DNA from: Heterodontus francisci
Taxonomy: Eukaryota
Assembly (NCBI RefSeq): GCF_036365525.1
Contig: NC_090413.1
Coordinates: 23,570,299 to 23,634,298 of the forward strand
DNA: 64,000 nucleotides
Direction: 5' to 3'
Shown piece after piece: positions 62,870-64,000 of this stretch. The notes beneath the pieces were generated by a model that was not told the origin of the DNA, did no database searches, and saw nothing but the letters and a program-made list of their open reading frames with translations. The translations under genes and the position numbers were made by a program. The stretch's first letter is position 1. Each line of letters begins with the position of its first letter.

Positions 62870-64000
62870 ACAGCATTTTTAGGTCCCGCTGAGGACTGGA
62901 ACGGAGGCAGGCAAGCGCCATTGCCATTCCTGCCACCGGCGAGTTTCATTGGGATGGGGAGGCGGACCCTGATGACCTGCCCGACTCTGCAGTGAGACCA
63001 TTAAAATGGTTAACGAGCTCATTGAGGGCCAGTTTGGGATTTAGGTGGGGGTTCACGGGTTGCACACTAGGTCGGGGCAGACCAGGTGCATGGAGGCAGC
63101 AACACAGTGAGAAGCCAGTCATGACTTCACCATCACTTAGGTGGGCCCATAAAAGAGAGTCATGGCTGAGAGGGGCACGCAGCCATTGACACAAAGGTGC
63201 CATCAGGTGTGCACAGGTTGAGGGGAGAGTGGTCTGTACGCACTTGGGCAGTGCAGGGTTCGTCACCTTCCTGGTATCGCAGGGGTATAAAGAAGGGGGC
63301 AAGGCTTCTGAATATTATAGAGAGCCCAGCTGAGCGCACGAAAGGCAATAGCTGGCATTGGGAGCGCAACTCAGATTTTGGGTCTAGTGGCGATGAGGAG
63401 CAACATCCTCAGCAAGAGAGGCAGAGCCCCAGGTATGAGGAGGGAGGAGGGGCAGGCAGGTAATGGAGGCCGTACCCTCAGTATAGGATCTATCGCCAAA
63501 GATGGAGCTATCTGGACATGTTGGAGAACCAGTGCCGCAGGAGACTGCGTATCCAGGCAGCTGGTCACTGAGATTTGTGCCCTTGTTGTGGAAGACGTCA
63601 CACCTTGCAGCACTGCTTGCCATGCCCTGTCAATAGCTGTTAAAGTCACTATCATTGAACTTCTACACCTCTGGCTCCTTCCAAGGGTCGCAGTGGACCT
63701 TGGTTGTGTTTCGCAAATGGCTGCACACCGTTGCATCTCACAAGTCAATGATGCCCTATTTGCAAGAGCTGGACAGTAGGTTCAATTCCAGACCGATGGG
63801 CCTTGCAGGCACAAAGGGCAATAGTTTTCTCCACCATCGCTGGAATCCCCCCTGGTGCAGGACATCATTGAGTGCACCCATGTGGTCATCAAGGTATCGA
63901 CTGACTGCCCAGTGAGATTCATCAACAGGAAGGGCTTCCACACCCTCCATGTTCAAATGGTCTGCGACGACAGCAATTCCACCCTCAAACTAAGTGGATG
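62870..64000 (+). mobile_element. PIF/Harbinger transposon with a broken DDE transposase (HARBI1-like), rnaseh2a intron 3
   Basis: Frameshifted pieces RIYRQRWSYLDM..CRRRLR, ALSIAVKVT, YTSGSFQ, SQMAAHRCISQV, VQDIIECTHVVIK and FINRKGFHTLHVQMVCD. Confidence 0.85.

Noticed and set aside
63378-64000. Domesticated HARBI1 gene
   Set aside because: Multiple frameshifts and stops, the catalytic IDCTH motif is altered to IECTH, and the location is intronic: a dead transposon copy.

Overview
Eukaryotic DNA, not prokaryotic. The SINE, LINE and Penelope content points to a cartilaginous fish (shark-like). The window holds three genes in the same order and orientation as human chr19p13: intronless junb (+, CDS 1363-2307, 314 aa); prdx2 (-, five coding exons at 30047-34126, 199 aa, plus a short non-coding exon 1 and a TATA/ARE promoter near 36.7 kb); and the first three coding exons of rnaseh2a (+, from 55425, continuing beyond the window). 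The rest is mostly decayed transposons: CR1, L2, L1/Tx1-like, Penelope-like elements with hammerhead ribozyme remnants, several tRNA-derived SINE families, a solo LTR, hAT- and Harbinger-type MITEs and a broken Harbinger transposase. The most striking non-genic signal is a 160-bp CpG-rich cluster about 4.9 kb downstream of the junb stop (CArG box, Ets, CRE-like, three kappaB and one STAT site). It looks like the shark counterpart of the mammalian junB 3' enhancer and lies between two perfect 92-bp direct repeats. All calls were made by eye, and TE boundaries are approximate unless TSDs are given.
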